Of a stretch of 64,000 nt of DNA, positions 29,131-39,219 are shown piece after piece. Position 1 is the first letter of the stretch, and every line of letters starts with the position of its first letter. A program made the position numbers and the translations under genes. The notes below the pieces were generated by a model that was not told the origin of the DNA, ran no database searches, and was given only the letters and a program-made list of their open reading frames with translations. Source of the DNA: Candidatus Eiseniibacteriota bacterium (GTDB lineage Bacteria > Eisenbacteria > RBG-16-71-46). The DNA is taken from positions 256,001 to 320,000 of the forward strand of contig OY970342.1 in the NCBI GenBank assembly GCA_963717505.1, read 5' to 3'.

Positions 29131-29703
29131 CTAGGCGGCAGCGCGCTCCGGCTTCAATGTCCACAACTCCTGCTGAACGGCCGCCTGAATCCGGTGCTGC
29201 GCTGCAACCTTCTTCGCGAAGTGGTCGAAGGTACCGGCAAAGTGCCAAATCTCTTCGAACTGTGTCGGCTCCAGGAAACTATTGCCAGGCTTGGCTAGGT
29301 ACTTCTGGAACGACTTCAGCAGGATCACGCGAACGCCAATCTCTTCGGGGAAGCTGAGGCCAGGGTTCTTCCTCGCTTCCCTGTCAGCAATCGTTGCCCG
29401 ACGGGGACACTGAAGCAATGAAGCAAGCTCGCCCTGGCTCAATGCACATGAGCGTCTGATGAATCGGAGTTCGGGCCCCGTGAGCGGTTTTGGCTCCATC
29501 AGTATCCCCGAAGCGATTACCTGAAGAAGCTGCGGCTCCTTCCAGATCCGAACAAACTTCTCTCCGCATGCCCGGCACCGAGTTTCGGTGACTCCACCGT
29601 GGAGCCAGACGTTGTCCAGCCCGGACTCCAGGTAGTGGTACGTGGGAAGTCGCCGAACGGTCGCAGTGTTCTTCCCGCACTTCGGACAAATGGCCTTGCT
29701 CAT
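29131..29703 (-). CDS. MqsA/YgiT-type zinc-finger plus HTH antitoxin
   Basis: CPKC...YHYLESGLDNVWL...CRAC, then LTGPELRFIR..LSQGELASLL HTH. Confidence 0.82.
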   Translation of the reverse strand: MSKAICPKCGKNTATVRRLPTYHYLESGLDNVWLHGGVTETRCRACGEKFVRIWKEPQLLQVIASGILMEPKPLTGPELRFIRRSCALSQGELASLLQCPRRATIADREARKNPGLSFPEEIGVRVILLKSFQKYLAKPGNSFLEPTQFEEIWHFAGTFDHFAKKVAAQHRIQAAVQQELWTLKPERAAA

Positions 29704-30021
29704 CGTGCTCCCCGTCTGGTTGGGTTTGTCGCCTTATCCACCATGATGCTCACAAGTACGCACGGCCCATCGGCTCGAAGATCAACCACCAAAAGGGTTC
29801 GCCGACCTTCCAAACACTTGCCAACAAGCCGCACCCGGAATGCCCCGCTAGACATTTCCTCGGGAGCGTTCCTCATTAGTGTGTGATCTCAGGATCGGAT
29901 TGATGGCTTGGACCGTGAATCCCTCCTGGGCACAGTTCTCCCAGAAGTGCTTGGTCCGATAGTAGTCTCGTGCTCCCGACAGCAAGTCCCCGATGATCTC
30001 TTCAGCTTCCTTGCGGGTCAC
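29700..30021 (-). pseudogene. DUF4258-like type II toxin, frameshifted near 29880 (absent from the ORF track)
   Basis: GTG start MTRKEAEEIIGDLL...TKHFWENCAQEGFTVQAINPILRSH, then a shift in a CACACAC run to LMRNAPEEMSSGAFRVRLVGKCLEGRRTLLVVDLRADGPCVLVSIM. Its TGA overlaps the antitoxin ATG. Confidence 0.65.
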
Positions 30022-30053
30022 ACGTTCACTCTTATGGGGCGAGAACGGCTAAG

Positions 30054-30083
30054 ATCCTAGCAGTCTGTACGCCAAACGTACAG
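30054..30083 (-). promoter_or_regulatory. TA promoter with a palindromic operator
   Basis: Extended -10 TGcTAGGAT; perfect inverted repeat CTGTACG-N5-CGTACAG at 30065-30083 over the -35 region. Confidence 0.55.
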
Positions 30084-30105
30084 GCCCTCGGTCCCGACTC
30101 TGTTG

Positions 30106-30447
30106 TCACCCCTGGGTGCGAATGGCTGGAATGCCAAACGTGCCTTCGACGACTTCCACGAACGAGCGCTTCTCGCGCAGGATCAGCCGGCGGTCGTTGG
30201 CGAACGCGAAGTTCGCTCGCCCCTCGGGATCGGACTTGAGCTTCGCGCGGTACGTCTCGTAAGCCGCCAGGCTGTCGAACGCGATCAGCCCCCAGGCCAC
30301 GTTGTTGGTGCCTTCGTGCGGCAGGAAGTAACCCACCAGGTGGCCGCCGCAGCGCGGAATGATGCTCCCCCAACGCTGCGCGTAACTGGCGAACTCGTTG
30401 CGCTGCCAGGGATCGATCTCGTAACGAATGACGCAGACAATGCCCAT
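30106..30447 (-). CDS. NIPSNAP family protein
   Basis: [40 protein letters not shown]. Confidence 0.88.
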   Translation of the reverse strand: MGIVCVIRYEIDPWQRNEFASYAQRWGSIIPRCGGHLVGYFLPHEGTNNVAWGLIAFDSLAAYETYRAKLKSDPEGRANFAFANDRRLILREKRSFVEVVEGTFGIPAIRTQG

Positions 30448-30493
30448 TGGGCTCCTCCTGCGACCACGATAGTTCTTGCCCGGCCCGCCATGC

Positions 30494-30509
30494 TTCGGCT
30501 ACCGTCGAA
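30494..30509. promoter_or_regulatory. Candidate ArsR-type operator (TTCG-N8-CGAA) between divergent genes
   Basis: Inverted repeat immediately before the regulator's start codon. Confidence 0.4.
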
Positions 30510-30511
30510 AT

Positions 30512-31195
30512 GTGCTCGACGCCCCCGACATCGCCCCGGTCGCGGTCCTGCTCGGCGATCCCACGCGCGGCAGAATGCTCGCATTGCTGATGGACGGCCG
30601 CGCGCAGACCGCCACCGAACTCGCCCTCGAAGGAGGCGTCACCGCGTCCACCGCCAGCAGCCACCTGGCGCGGCTGACCGACGCGGGGCTACTGACCGTC
30701 GTCCAGCAGGGGCGCCACCGCTACTTCCGGATCGCGAGCCCCGAGGTCGCGGCGACGATCGAAGCGCTGATGAGCATTGCTGCACGCCGCGGTTTTCACG
30801 CGACGCGAACGGGTCCGAGCGACGATGGCCTGCGCGAGGCGCGCGTGTGCTACGACCACCTCGCGGGCCGAGCCGGAGTTCGCCTGATGGATCGCCTGCG
30901 CGCGCGAGGAATCGTCGACGATCGCGACGGCGCGGTGGCGCTCACTCCCGAGGGCGAAGTATGGTGCGATCAATTGGGCGTCGATCTCGCTGCCATGCGC
31001 AGCCGGCGGCGTCCGCTCTGCCGGCCGTGCCTGGACTGGAGCGAGCGTCGCATGCACCTGGGCGGTGCGTTGGGTGCGGCGCTGCTCGACCGCATGTTTG
31101 CGCTACACTGCGCTCGCCGCGTGCCGGAGAGTAGAGCCGTGGTCCTTTCGTCTCGAGGAGAGTCCTTCGTCGAACGCCTCGAACTTGCGCGCTGA
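30512..31195 (+). CDS. ArsR/SmtB-family transcriptional regulator (long form)
   Basis: LGDPTRGRML, TASSHLARL, QGRHRYF, ARVCYDHLAG and CRPCLDWSERRMHLGG motifs. Confidence 0.88.
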   Translation: MLDAPDIAPVAVLLGDPTRGRMLALLMDGRAQTATELALEGGVTASTASSHLARLTDAGLLTVVQQGRHRYFRIASPEVAATIEALMSIAARRGFHATRTGPSDDGLREARVCYDHLAGRAGVRLMDRLRARGIVDDRDGAVALTPEGEVWCDQLGVDLAAMRSRRRPLCRPCLDWSERRMHLGGALGAALLDRMFALHCARRVPESRAVVLSSRGESFVERLELAR

Positions 31196-32114
31196 TTCGG
31201 AGTCGCCGGCCGCACCGCCGCAACCCACCGGCAGCGCCAGCGCAGCCACCGCCTGGGCCGCGTTCTTCACCTGCTCCCTGATCTGGGGGAGCACGTTCCT
31301 GGTGATCAGCATCGGGAACGACACGATGCCGCCGTTCTGGGCCGCAGCCGTGCGGCTCGGACTCGCGTGCGTGCTGCTGACGGCGGTGACCTACGCGAGA
31401 GGCAGGTCCTGGCCACGCGGCGCGGCGTTGCGCGCTGCGATGATGTTCGGGTTCCTCAACTTCGGGCTCAGCTTCTGCCTGCTCTACTGGGGTGAGACGC
31501 ACGTGCCGTCGGGATTGACCGCGGTGGTCTACGGCACGATCCCGCTGACCACCGCACTGTTCGCGCGCACGTTCGGACTCGAGGCGCTGCGCCCACTCAA
31601 GGTCTTGGGCGCTCTGGTCGCGTTCGCCGGCGTCGCGTTCATCTTCTCGGGGCAACTGCGCGCCAACGTTCCGCTCGCGCCGTTGCTCGCGATCCTGGCC
31701 GCAGCAACCTGCGCGGCGCTGTCGGGCATCGCGCTCAAGATGGGTCCGCGTCAGCCGCCCTTGGCTGCCAATGCTGCCGGCGCTGCCGTGGGTTTCGCCG
31801 TGTGCCTGATCGCCAGTCTGCTGGCGCGCGAGACGCGCGTCGTGCCGACCACGACTGGCCAGATCGCGCCGATCCTCTACCTGACGATCATGGGCTCGAT
31901 CGGCGCGTTCAGTCTGTACGCGTGGCTGGTCAACCGCTGGAAGCTGACGCGCATCAGCTTCATAGCGGTGATCGTTCCGGTCGTGGCGTTGATCCTGGGC
32001 GTGATCTTCCGTGGCGAGCGCGTCTCGGGCGCGGCGATCGCCGGCACGGCGCTGGTGTTCACCGGCCTCGGACTGGGGATCGTCGCCGACCGAATGGTTT
32101 CTGCTCGGCGATGA
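31185..32114 (+). CDS. EamA/DMT-family transporter
   Basis: IWGSTFLVI and PPFWAAAVRL motifs; about 10 TM segments. Start uncertain (TTG 31185). Confidence 0.88.
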   Translation: MRADSESPAAPPQPTGSASAATAWAAFFTCSLIWGSTFLVISIGNDTMPPFWAAAVRLGLACVLLTAVTYARGRSWPRGAALRAAMMFGFLNFGLSFCLLYWGETHVPSGLTAVVYGTIPLTTALFARTFGLEALRPLKVLGALVAFAGVAFIFSGQLRANVPLAPLLAILAAATCAALSGIALKMGPRQPPLAANAAGAAVGFAVCLIASLLARETRVVPTTTGQIAPILYLTIMGSIGAFSLYAWLVNRWKLTRISFIAVIVPVVALILGVIFRGERVSGAAIAGTALVFTGLGLGIVADRMVSARR

Positions 32115-32121
32115 CCCCGAG

Positions 32122-33132
32122 CTATTCGAACGCGAACACGTGCTTCCAGTCGTCCTTCATGCTGACGACGATCCAGCCGCTGGCGGTGGCCTCGTCGAGC
32201 GCCTTGTCCAGCTTGCCGATGTGCGAGTCGCGGTCATAGGCCCATTCGCGCTCGGCATCGGTGTGGTGGACGATCACGCCCAGTCGCGGCCCTGATCCCG
32301 CGGTCGTCCACTGCAGCATCTGCAGATCTCCATCGGAGTTGCCGAAGGCCGCGATCGGCCGGCGTCCGATGAACGTCTGGATGCCGATCGCTTTCCCTTC
32401 CTTGTCGTCGACGAACTGAACGTCGGGCAGCTTGACTAGCACCGGCTTGCCGTCGCGCATCTCGAACTTCAACTTGCCCTGGCTGCCGACCACCTGCTCG
32501 GGCGGAATGCCGTAGACCGACTCGCTGAAGGCGCGCATGAATTCGACGCCGCCACCGGACACGATGAAGGTCTTGAAGCCGTTGGCGCGCAGGTAAGCCA
32601 GCAGCTCGAGCATGGGTTGATAGACCATTTCGTCGTAACCGCGCCCGGTGTTGGGATGCTTGGCGTTACCCAGCCAACCCCCCACGGTCGATGCGAACTC
32701 CTCGGTCGTCATCCCCGAGTGCGCGGCCGCCAACACCGCCATCAGCGACTTCTCGCCGCCGGCCATGAACGCCTTCATATCGCCGGCGAGCAGGTGGTTG
32801 AACGGCTCCTTGGTTTTCCACTCGGGGTGCTGCGGCGCCATCGCCTTCACGCGGTCGAGCGCGAACTGGAACTGAAAGTAGACCGGCTGCTCGGCCCACA
32901 GCGTGCCGTCGTTGTCGAAGGTGGCGATGCGCTCGGCTGGCGGCACGAAGTCCGGGCCCCCCTCGGTGGTCACGCGTGTGACGAACGCAGTGATCGCCTG
33001 CTTGGCGGCGCCGTCATTCCACGAGGCGAGCGGGTCGCCTGGAGCATCCGTCTGGGTGGTGGGCGAAGGACTCGCGCAGCCGAGCACCAAGGACAACAGC
33101 AGGCACGCCGCGAACGCGAAACTTCGGGCCAT
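32122..33132 (-). CDS. HAD-family hydrolase (acid phosphatase-like) lipoprotein
   Basis: Lipobox VLGC; FDNDGTLWAEQP, IVSGGG and FGNSDGD motifs. Confidence 0.88.
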   Translation of the reverse strand: MARSFAFAACLLLSLVLGCASPSPTTQTDAPGDPLASWNDGAAKQAITAFVTRVTTEGGPDFVPPAERIATFDNDGTLWAEQPVYFQFQFALDRVKAMAPQHPEWKTKEPFNHLLAGDMKAFMAGGEKSLMAVLAAAHSGMTTEEFASTVGGWLGNAKHPNTGRGYDEMVYQPMLELLAYLRANGFKTFIVSGGGVEFMRAFSESVYGIPPEQVVGSQGKLKFEMRDGKPVLVKLPDVQFVDDKEGKAIGIQTFIGRRPIAAFGNSDGDLQMLQWTTAGSGPRLGVIVHHTDAEREWAYDRDSHIGKLDKALDEATASGWIVVSMKDDWKHVFAFE

Positions 33133-33327
33133 GAGGTTGCTCCTTTCGAGATCAACCATGGTTGTGGGCTGCCCCGTGCGTTCACGCCTCGGCCCGGAAC
33201 TGCAAGGTGGGTTGGCGGTTGTGCGTCCGGGCGGGGCAGGCGCGCAGGATAGCATCCGACCCCCCGAGCGGGTAGAATCCCGCCCACTTTCCAACGACAC
33301 TGACCGGAAAACCACAGGAGCAGCCGG

Positions 33328-33936
33328 ATGAATCAGCCGCCGAGCAGCGATCCCAAAGAACCGCGACCACCGCAACGCAAGCCCATGCTGGACTTCGACG
33401 ATGAGGTCGAGGACAAGGGCAGCCCGTGGATGGCGGTGGGCATGATCGCCGCGATCGTGGTGATCGGCGCGTTCGTCGCGTTCGGCATTGTACAGCGCGG
33501 CAAGCAGGAAGCGAGCGAAGCCGCGGCCGCCGCCGAGCAGCACGAAGAAGAGTCGGCACCGCCCGATTCAGCGGCGTTGGATTCGCTGGCGCAAACCGCA
33601 AGGGCGGAGCGAGAGGCGAGAGAGGCCGAGGCGGCGAAGGCGGCCGCGGAGGCGGCGAAAGCCACCCAGCAGGCCGCCCAGCCGGTGGAGCCTGCAACGC
33701 CCGCAAAATTCGGAATCCAGGTCGGCAGCTACTTGTTCGAGGACAAGGCCAACGAGGTCCTGGCCGCACTGACCTCGTCGGCCTCGGTCGAGGGTAAGGT
33801 GGTTGCGGGCGACGATGGCAGCTTCGCGGTCGTGCTCGGTCCGTTCGACAGCCGGGGTGCTGCGGAAGCGAAGGGCACGTCGTTGCTCGAGTCGGGGGCG
33901 GTCACCGAGAGCCGAGTGGTGCCGATCAAGGAGTAG
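33328..33936 (+). CDS. Membrane-anchored SPOR-domain protein
   Basis: Single TM segment, Ala/Glu-rich linker, FGIQVGSY...VVLGPFDSRGAAE. Confidence 0.8.
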   Translation: MNQPPSSDPKEPRPPQRKPMLDFDDEVEDKGSPWMAVGMIAAIVVIGAFVAFGIVQRGKQEASEAAAAAEQHEEESAPPDSAALDSLAQTARAEREAREAEAAKAAAEAAKATQQAAQPVEPATPAKFGIQVGSYLFEDKANEVLAALTSSASVEGKVVAGDDGSFAVVLGPFDSRGAAEAKGTSLLESGAVTESRVVPIKE

Positions 33937-33972
33937 CGGCTGGGCATCAGCGAACCCGCCCGACAAAACCAT

Positions 33973-34010
33973 TCGAGGCGCTGGCCTGTGGCCGGCGCCT
34001 CGATCGTTTC
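33973..34010. terminator. Hairpin between convergent genes
   Basis: TCGAGGCGCTGGCC-TGT-GGCCGGCGCCTCGA. Confidence 0.55.
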
Positions 34011-34025
34011 ACCAACGCCGAACCG

Positions 34026-36829
34026 CTATCTCACGTAAAGCATCTTCCGCGTTGCGGAAAACGTCTCCAGCCCTTCAGCCGGTAGAAGTAGACCCCAGCT
34101 CCCGCGCCATCGCGCGTCCCTCCGAACGGCGCGCTGTGCTCCCCCGCCTCCTGCCATCCGTGGACCAGCGTCGCCACGCGCCGGCCACGCAGGTCGAAGA
34201 CTTCGAGGGTCACGTCCGACGCCACCGGCAGCGCGTAGCGGATCATCGTCCGGCCGCCGAAAGGATTCGGCGAGTTCTGGAAGAGCGCGAACGCCGACGG
34301 CTGGCCCGGCACGTTGGTGTTGTTGCTACCACGGCCGATCACGGTGACCTGCTGGGTCCCCAGGCCGGTCGCCACCACCGACAGCGTGGCCGTGTCGGGG
34401 CCGGCGGCGAGCGGGTGGTAGAAGACCGTTATCGTGTCGGCCTCGCCCGCAGGAATAGCCAACGCGGTGCGGCTGACCGAAAATTCGGTGTGGTTGCTGG
34501 TGATCGAGGTGATCGACAGCGTAGCCGTGCCTGGGTTCTCGAGGTGCAGGGTGTCGGCGAACGTGAGGCCGGGGATGACCACGCCCATATTGAGCGGGTT
34601 CGGGAACGCGGCGAAGGTCGGCGACAGGATCGTGAACGGGATGTCGCACACGTCGCTCGGGCTGCCGTCCCAGGCATCGCTGATCCGGAGTTCCGCTTCG
34701 TAGGTCGCGTCGCTGGGAATCGTCCAGTCGTAGCCACCGTGGTAACCGGGCACGTCGGCGACGAGTTGCCAGGGATCGGCCGCGCTCTTTCGATACTCGA
34801 TCCGGGCAATCGCGATGTTCTGGTGGCTCCAAACCACCGACCGCACCGACCCGGCAAGCCAGGACTCGCCGCCATTGGGCGAATTGACGTTCACGTACTG
34901 CGCCGAAACCGGCGTGTACGAATAGGTCGGCTTGAGCTTCCAGATTCCCGGTCCGGCTCCGGTTCCGACCAGGCTCTGGGTGGTCAGGATCAGCTCGCGA
35001 TCGCGCGCGTAGAGCCCGTAGTTGGAGCCCGAAACCGTCGAAGCGCCCTGCCAGGTCGAGCCCGCGTCGGTACTCAGGAAGAAGGTCTGGCCCGAGTACT
35101 GGCCGAACATGATCACGTTGGGATCGTCGCGCGCGATGTCGATCCCCCACGCCTGCGGCGAAGGCTGCACCTGCGTCCAGGTCGTGCCATGGTTGGTACT
35201 GCGCACCGTGCCGCCCCCGGCCCACTGCGTGCCGATGGCGACGCCCTTGTTCAGCCGACTGCAGGCCATTCCCGGCATCTCCGACGCGTCCTGCCCGCCC
35301 GGACCCGAGTACATGAGCTGGAACGTGAGCCCAGCGTTGGTCGACTTGTAGACCTGCGCCGGCGGATTGGTGCTGTTGGTGGTGCCGTCGCCGACCAGGA
35401 CGATCTCCGAGCTGTCGGGTACCACGATCAGGTCGCACGGACTGCGGAACGCGCTGTCGGTCGTCCACTCGGCCCAGGTAGACCCGAAGTTGGTCGATCG
35501 CCAGAGCGGCGCGTTGGCCGGTCCAAAGTAGAGTGTGTCGGGCCGGTCGGGGTGCATCTCGAGCGGGATGCCGTATTCGCCGTACGCCATGGTCAGCTGC
35601 GTCGACCAGGAGGCTCCGGCATTGGTCGAGCGCACGATCTGGCCATCGAGTCCGGCGACCGCGGCCACCCACAGGTTCGTATCCTTGGGCGACACCACGA
35701 ACGCATTGGCGCGGGAGGCACCCGGAACGGGTATTCCGACCGGAGACCACGTCTCGCCCTCGTCGAGGCTCTTGTAGGCCTGGGCGCCCAAGAGAGCGAA
35801 CAGCGTGCGCGGGTTCTGCGGATTGAGCGCGATGGTGCTGCCGCGAACCGTGGTCGCGAACGGGATCTCGAGCTTTTGCACGAAAGTGCGCGAGAAGGTC
35901 GCCAACATCGGCATGCCCCACAGGCTGCCGGCGTCCGCGGTGCGGAACACGACGCGATGGCGATCACTGCACAAGTAGAGTCGAGGGCCGAAGCCCGCGA
36001 GGGCACTCGGGCGCGCGAGCATCGTGTGCCGCTGGAACGTCCAGTTGGTGCCGCCGTTGACCGTTCGGCGCACGAACCCGCCGCCGCCCGCGACGTAGAC
36101 GTCGCTGGCCGAGACCACGCGCACGGCGCGCACGTCGGAACGCACGTCGAGCTTCAGGTTGACGTGCGACCAGTTGGCGCCGCCGTTGCTGCTCTTGAGG
36201 CAGGTGCCGAGGACGCCGCCGATCCAGATTTCGGTCCCCGCCTGGTCGATCGCGAGCAGATCGTTGGAGGTCGGGACCAGCGTCGGAGTCCAGTTGGCGC
36301 CGCCGTTGGTGGTGCGCAACACGGTGCCGCCGTCACCCACCGCCCAACCGTTCTGGGCGTCGGTGAAGCGCACGGCGCGCAGCGTGGTTGCGACCCCCGA
36401 GGTCTGTGCACTCCAGGTGACGCCGCCGTCGATCGACTTGCGAATCGTTCCGGAGGAACCCACGGCGTAGGCGGTCCCGAAGACCGGGATCGCGAGTGAT
36501 CGAAGGTCGGGGGCGCCGGCGAGATCCTGAGTCGACCAGGTGCCGCCGAAGTCGGTGGAGCGATAGACCCGCCCGCCGGCTCCGACCGCCAGGGCGACAA
36601 AGCCCGACGAAGCGATGCCGTAGAGCGGGAGTGGAGACGGCCCCGCGGTCAGACGCTGATAGCTGACCCCGGCGTCGGTGCTCAGGTAGATGGCGCTGCT
36701 GTCCCCCGCGGCCCAGACCGCCAGCCCGTCCGGGGTGAACACGGAGTGGAGGCCTTGGGCTGAGCCCAAGCTCGGTATGAGGGCGACTGCGAGGGAAACC
36801 AGGGCTGCGCGGGCGACGGTGCGGATCAT
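34026..36829 (-). CDS. Exported YCF48/BNR (Asp-box) beta-propeller protein with Ig-like domains and CTD; frameshift near 34070
   Basis: Many SxDxGxTW repeats; SPNGGESW; NSPNPF...FDLRGRRV. The C-terminus continues in another frame as ETFSATRKMLYVR*. Confidence 0.82.
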
Positions 36830-36855
36830 GGTTTCCTGAGCCGCCAACCGGCGGG

Positions 36856-39206
36856 CTAGGGATCGAGCGCGATGCGTGCGCGGGTTTCGATTTCGGCGAT
36901 TCCCACGCGCGGGTGTCCCAACATGTTTCCGGTGCTGCGGAGCGGCCGCACCTCGAGCGCATCGACGCGCGTGCCCCGCATGGGGATGCGGGTTCCGAGT
37001 GGCTTTAGCTCCTGGCGGACCGTCTCGGTTGCGACCGCCTGGCCGCCCCGGTAGAGGGCCACCTCGACTTCGCGCACGTTCAAGTCCGACTCCGGCCAAC
37101 TGCGGCGTAAAGCGTAGAGAATCAAGGTGTCTACTTCAATGGCCGTCTGCCATTCGAGCCGGATCCATTGGCCGGCGTTGGAATCCGCAATCCAGCCGAC
37201 CCGAGCCGGATTGCCCCGCGCACGGCGGTCCACGGCCGCCCGCTCCCCGGCCGTGCCGGCCGCAACGCTCGAGGCGGTGACCCGGGCCGAGGGCGAGGCG
37301 TTGAACCGCAAGGCCGTGGCGTAGTTGTCGGGGACCGGGAGCACGGAGTGTCCGCGGTGGCAGCCCACGCACTGGGTGCCGGCGCCGAACCGGGTGGCGT
37401 TCATTCCGGGCACGTGGGCGGGGCCGTCCTCGACGCGGAGGACCCTTCTTTCGCCCGGTTCGGGGGTCGACTCCTGACCCCGCCCCCCGCTCGACTCCCT
37501 TCCGTGGGCCGAAACCAGCTGCTCGAACATGGGCAGATCCGACGGCATGCTGTCTTCGTGGATGCCGCCGCCGGCCTGGACTTCGGCGTCGCGAACCAGC
37601 ACAGCGGTGTCGCCGCCGGCGTGGCCGGGCCGCGAGAGGGCGGCGAAGAACTGGATGCGCACGTCGCGCTCGAAGGGCGGCGCGTCGGGCGTCGGAAAAT
37701 CGATCGGTCCACTCTCGAACGTGTTCATGCAGTCGAAGCGGAACGAGGCGCCTGCCTGGTAGGCGTCGACCAGCGTGAGCGGCGGCTGGTCCATCGGCAG
37801 AGCGCTCGAGTAGGGACGGAACACCGGCGGGAGTTTGCGCGCGGCGAGGATCGCGGGGTCCAAGTCGTGCATGCCCGGCGTGTCGGCGATCAGCCAGTAG
37901 CCCTTGGGTCCGCTCGTTGCGGCGGCTTCGTCGTCTTCGTCGCCGAGCGCCGCGACGGACGCGAGGTAGATCCCGTAGTCGGGGATGCCCGTGCTCGTGA
38001 AAACGTCATAGCCTGTCCGGACGGCGACCGGCGCCATCGCCATCAGAATGCGGCGGTCGTTGACCGACACCGGTGCGCACGCGCGCATGGGCATTCGTCG
38101 ATCACGTACGCCTTCGCCGGCACCCAGCGTGCGGAGGAGAAACCACCGGGGAACACCTGGAGCCACGGCCAGCGGACCGCAGGCGTGAGCGATGGCGGAT
38201 CGGCGCGCACGCCGATCAGAGTTCCGTCGGCGAGCACACACGGCTGATACGCGATCGTCTCCTCGCGCACGCGGGGATTGCCGCCGGCCAGTTTGCCGCG
38301 ACCGCCGTCGGGGTTGATCGAGATCGCGTGCCACAGGTCGACGGGCTGGTGCGGGACCGCGTCGCCGGCATGGGTCGTGATGCCCGACGGAGTTCGTTCG
38401 CTGGCCAGGAAACGATTGGTCCAGCGACGGGCGAACACGATGTTCCCGGTGCGCGGGTCGACCGTCGGCTCCTCCGCGCCGTGCCGCTCCGACGTGATGC
38501 GCCGCATTCCGGAACCGTCGGCGCCGACCACGAACAAGTTGCTGGCTAGCCCGCCGTCGCCCGCGACCTGCGGGTAGCGCGTGCTGGCGAAGCAGATCGT
38601 GCCGTCCGGCAGCCAGGTCGGGTCGAAGTCGTCGTAGCGCGCGAAGCGATGCGCGTCGCGTCCCCAGCGCGACAGGTCGAGCGCGCGGTCACTGCGCGAC
38701 ACAGGACGCAGGTCGCGACCGCGGTCGTCGGTCATCCAGATCCGCCACGCACTGTCGGGCGCCAGAGTCGCGGCAAAGGCGACGCGCTTGCCGTCCCACG
38801 AAACTGCGGGATCGGCGATATCGAAGAACGGGTTCTCTTGCAGAAACGGCCGGACGTCGCCCTGGCGCGTGCGCAGGTAGAGCGCGCCGCCGACAGCCAG
38901 TGTGCGACCGAGGGGACCGAGACCGGGAATGATCGAGTCGCCGGGTGCGCGATTGCGCGACACGAAGACGATCGCCGGAACCTGCGGAATCCTGCCGCGG
39001 TAGCCACCCGACCACACGCCACCCGGACTCGACCCCGGTTTGGGCCTGATGATCGGCTCCGAAGTGTTGTCGAGCGACGAGGCCTGCGGTGCCCCCTTGG
39101 TGGTCGGCTCTTCTGCGCCGCTTCCAGGTCCGCCGGCGCACAGCGCGACGATACCGGCCGTCATCGCGAGTAGCACCGCCGATGGACCACGAAGCTGGCG
39201 AAGCAC
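36856..39206 (-). CDS. TolB-like beta-propeller plus monoheme (HZS-alpha-like) and discoidin-like domains; one gene split by a frameshift near 38120
   Basis: IADPAVSWDG and DFDPTWLPDGTICFASTR; PMFEQL...CVGCH; ASSVA...AAVD...GW...QWIRLEW. Confidence 0.65.
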
Positions 39207-39219
39207 GTGCGCGCCGCGG

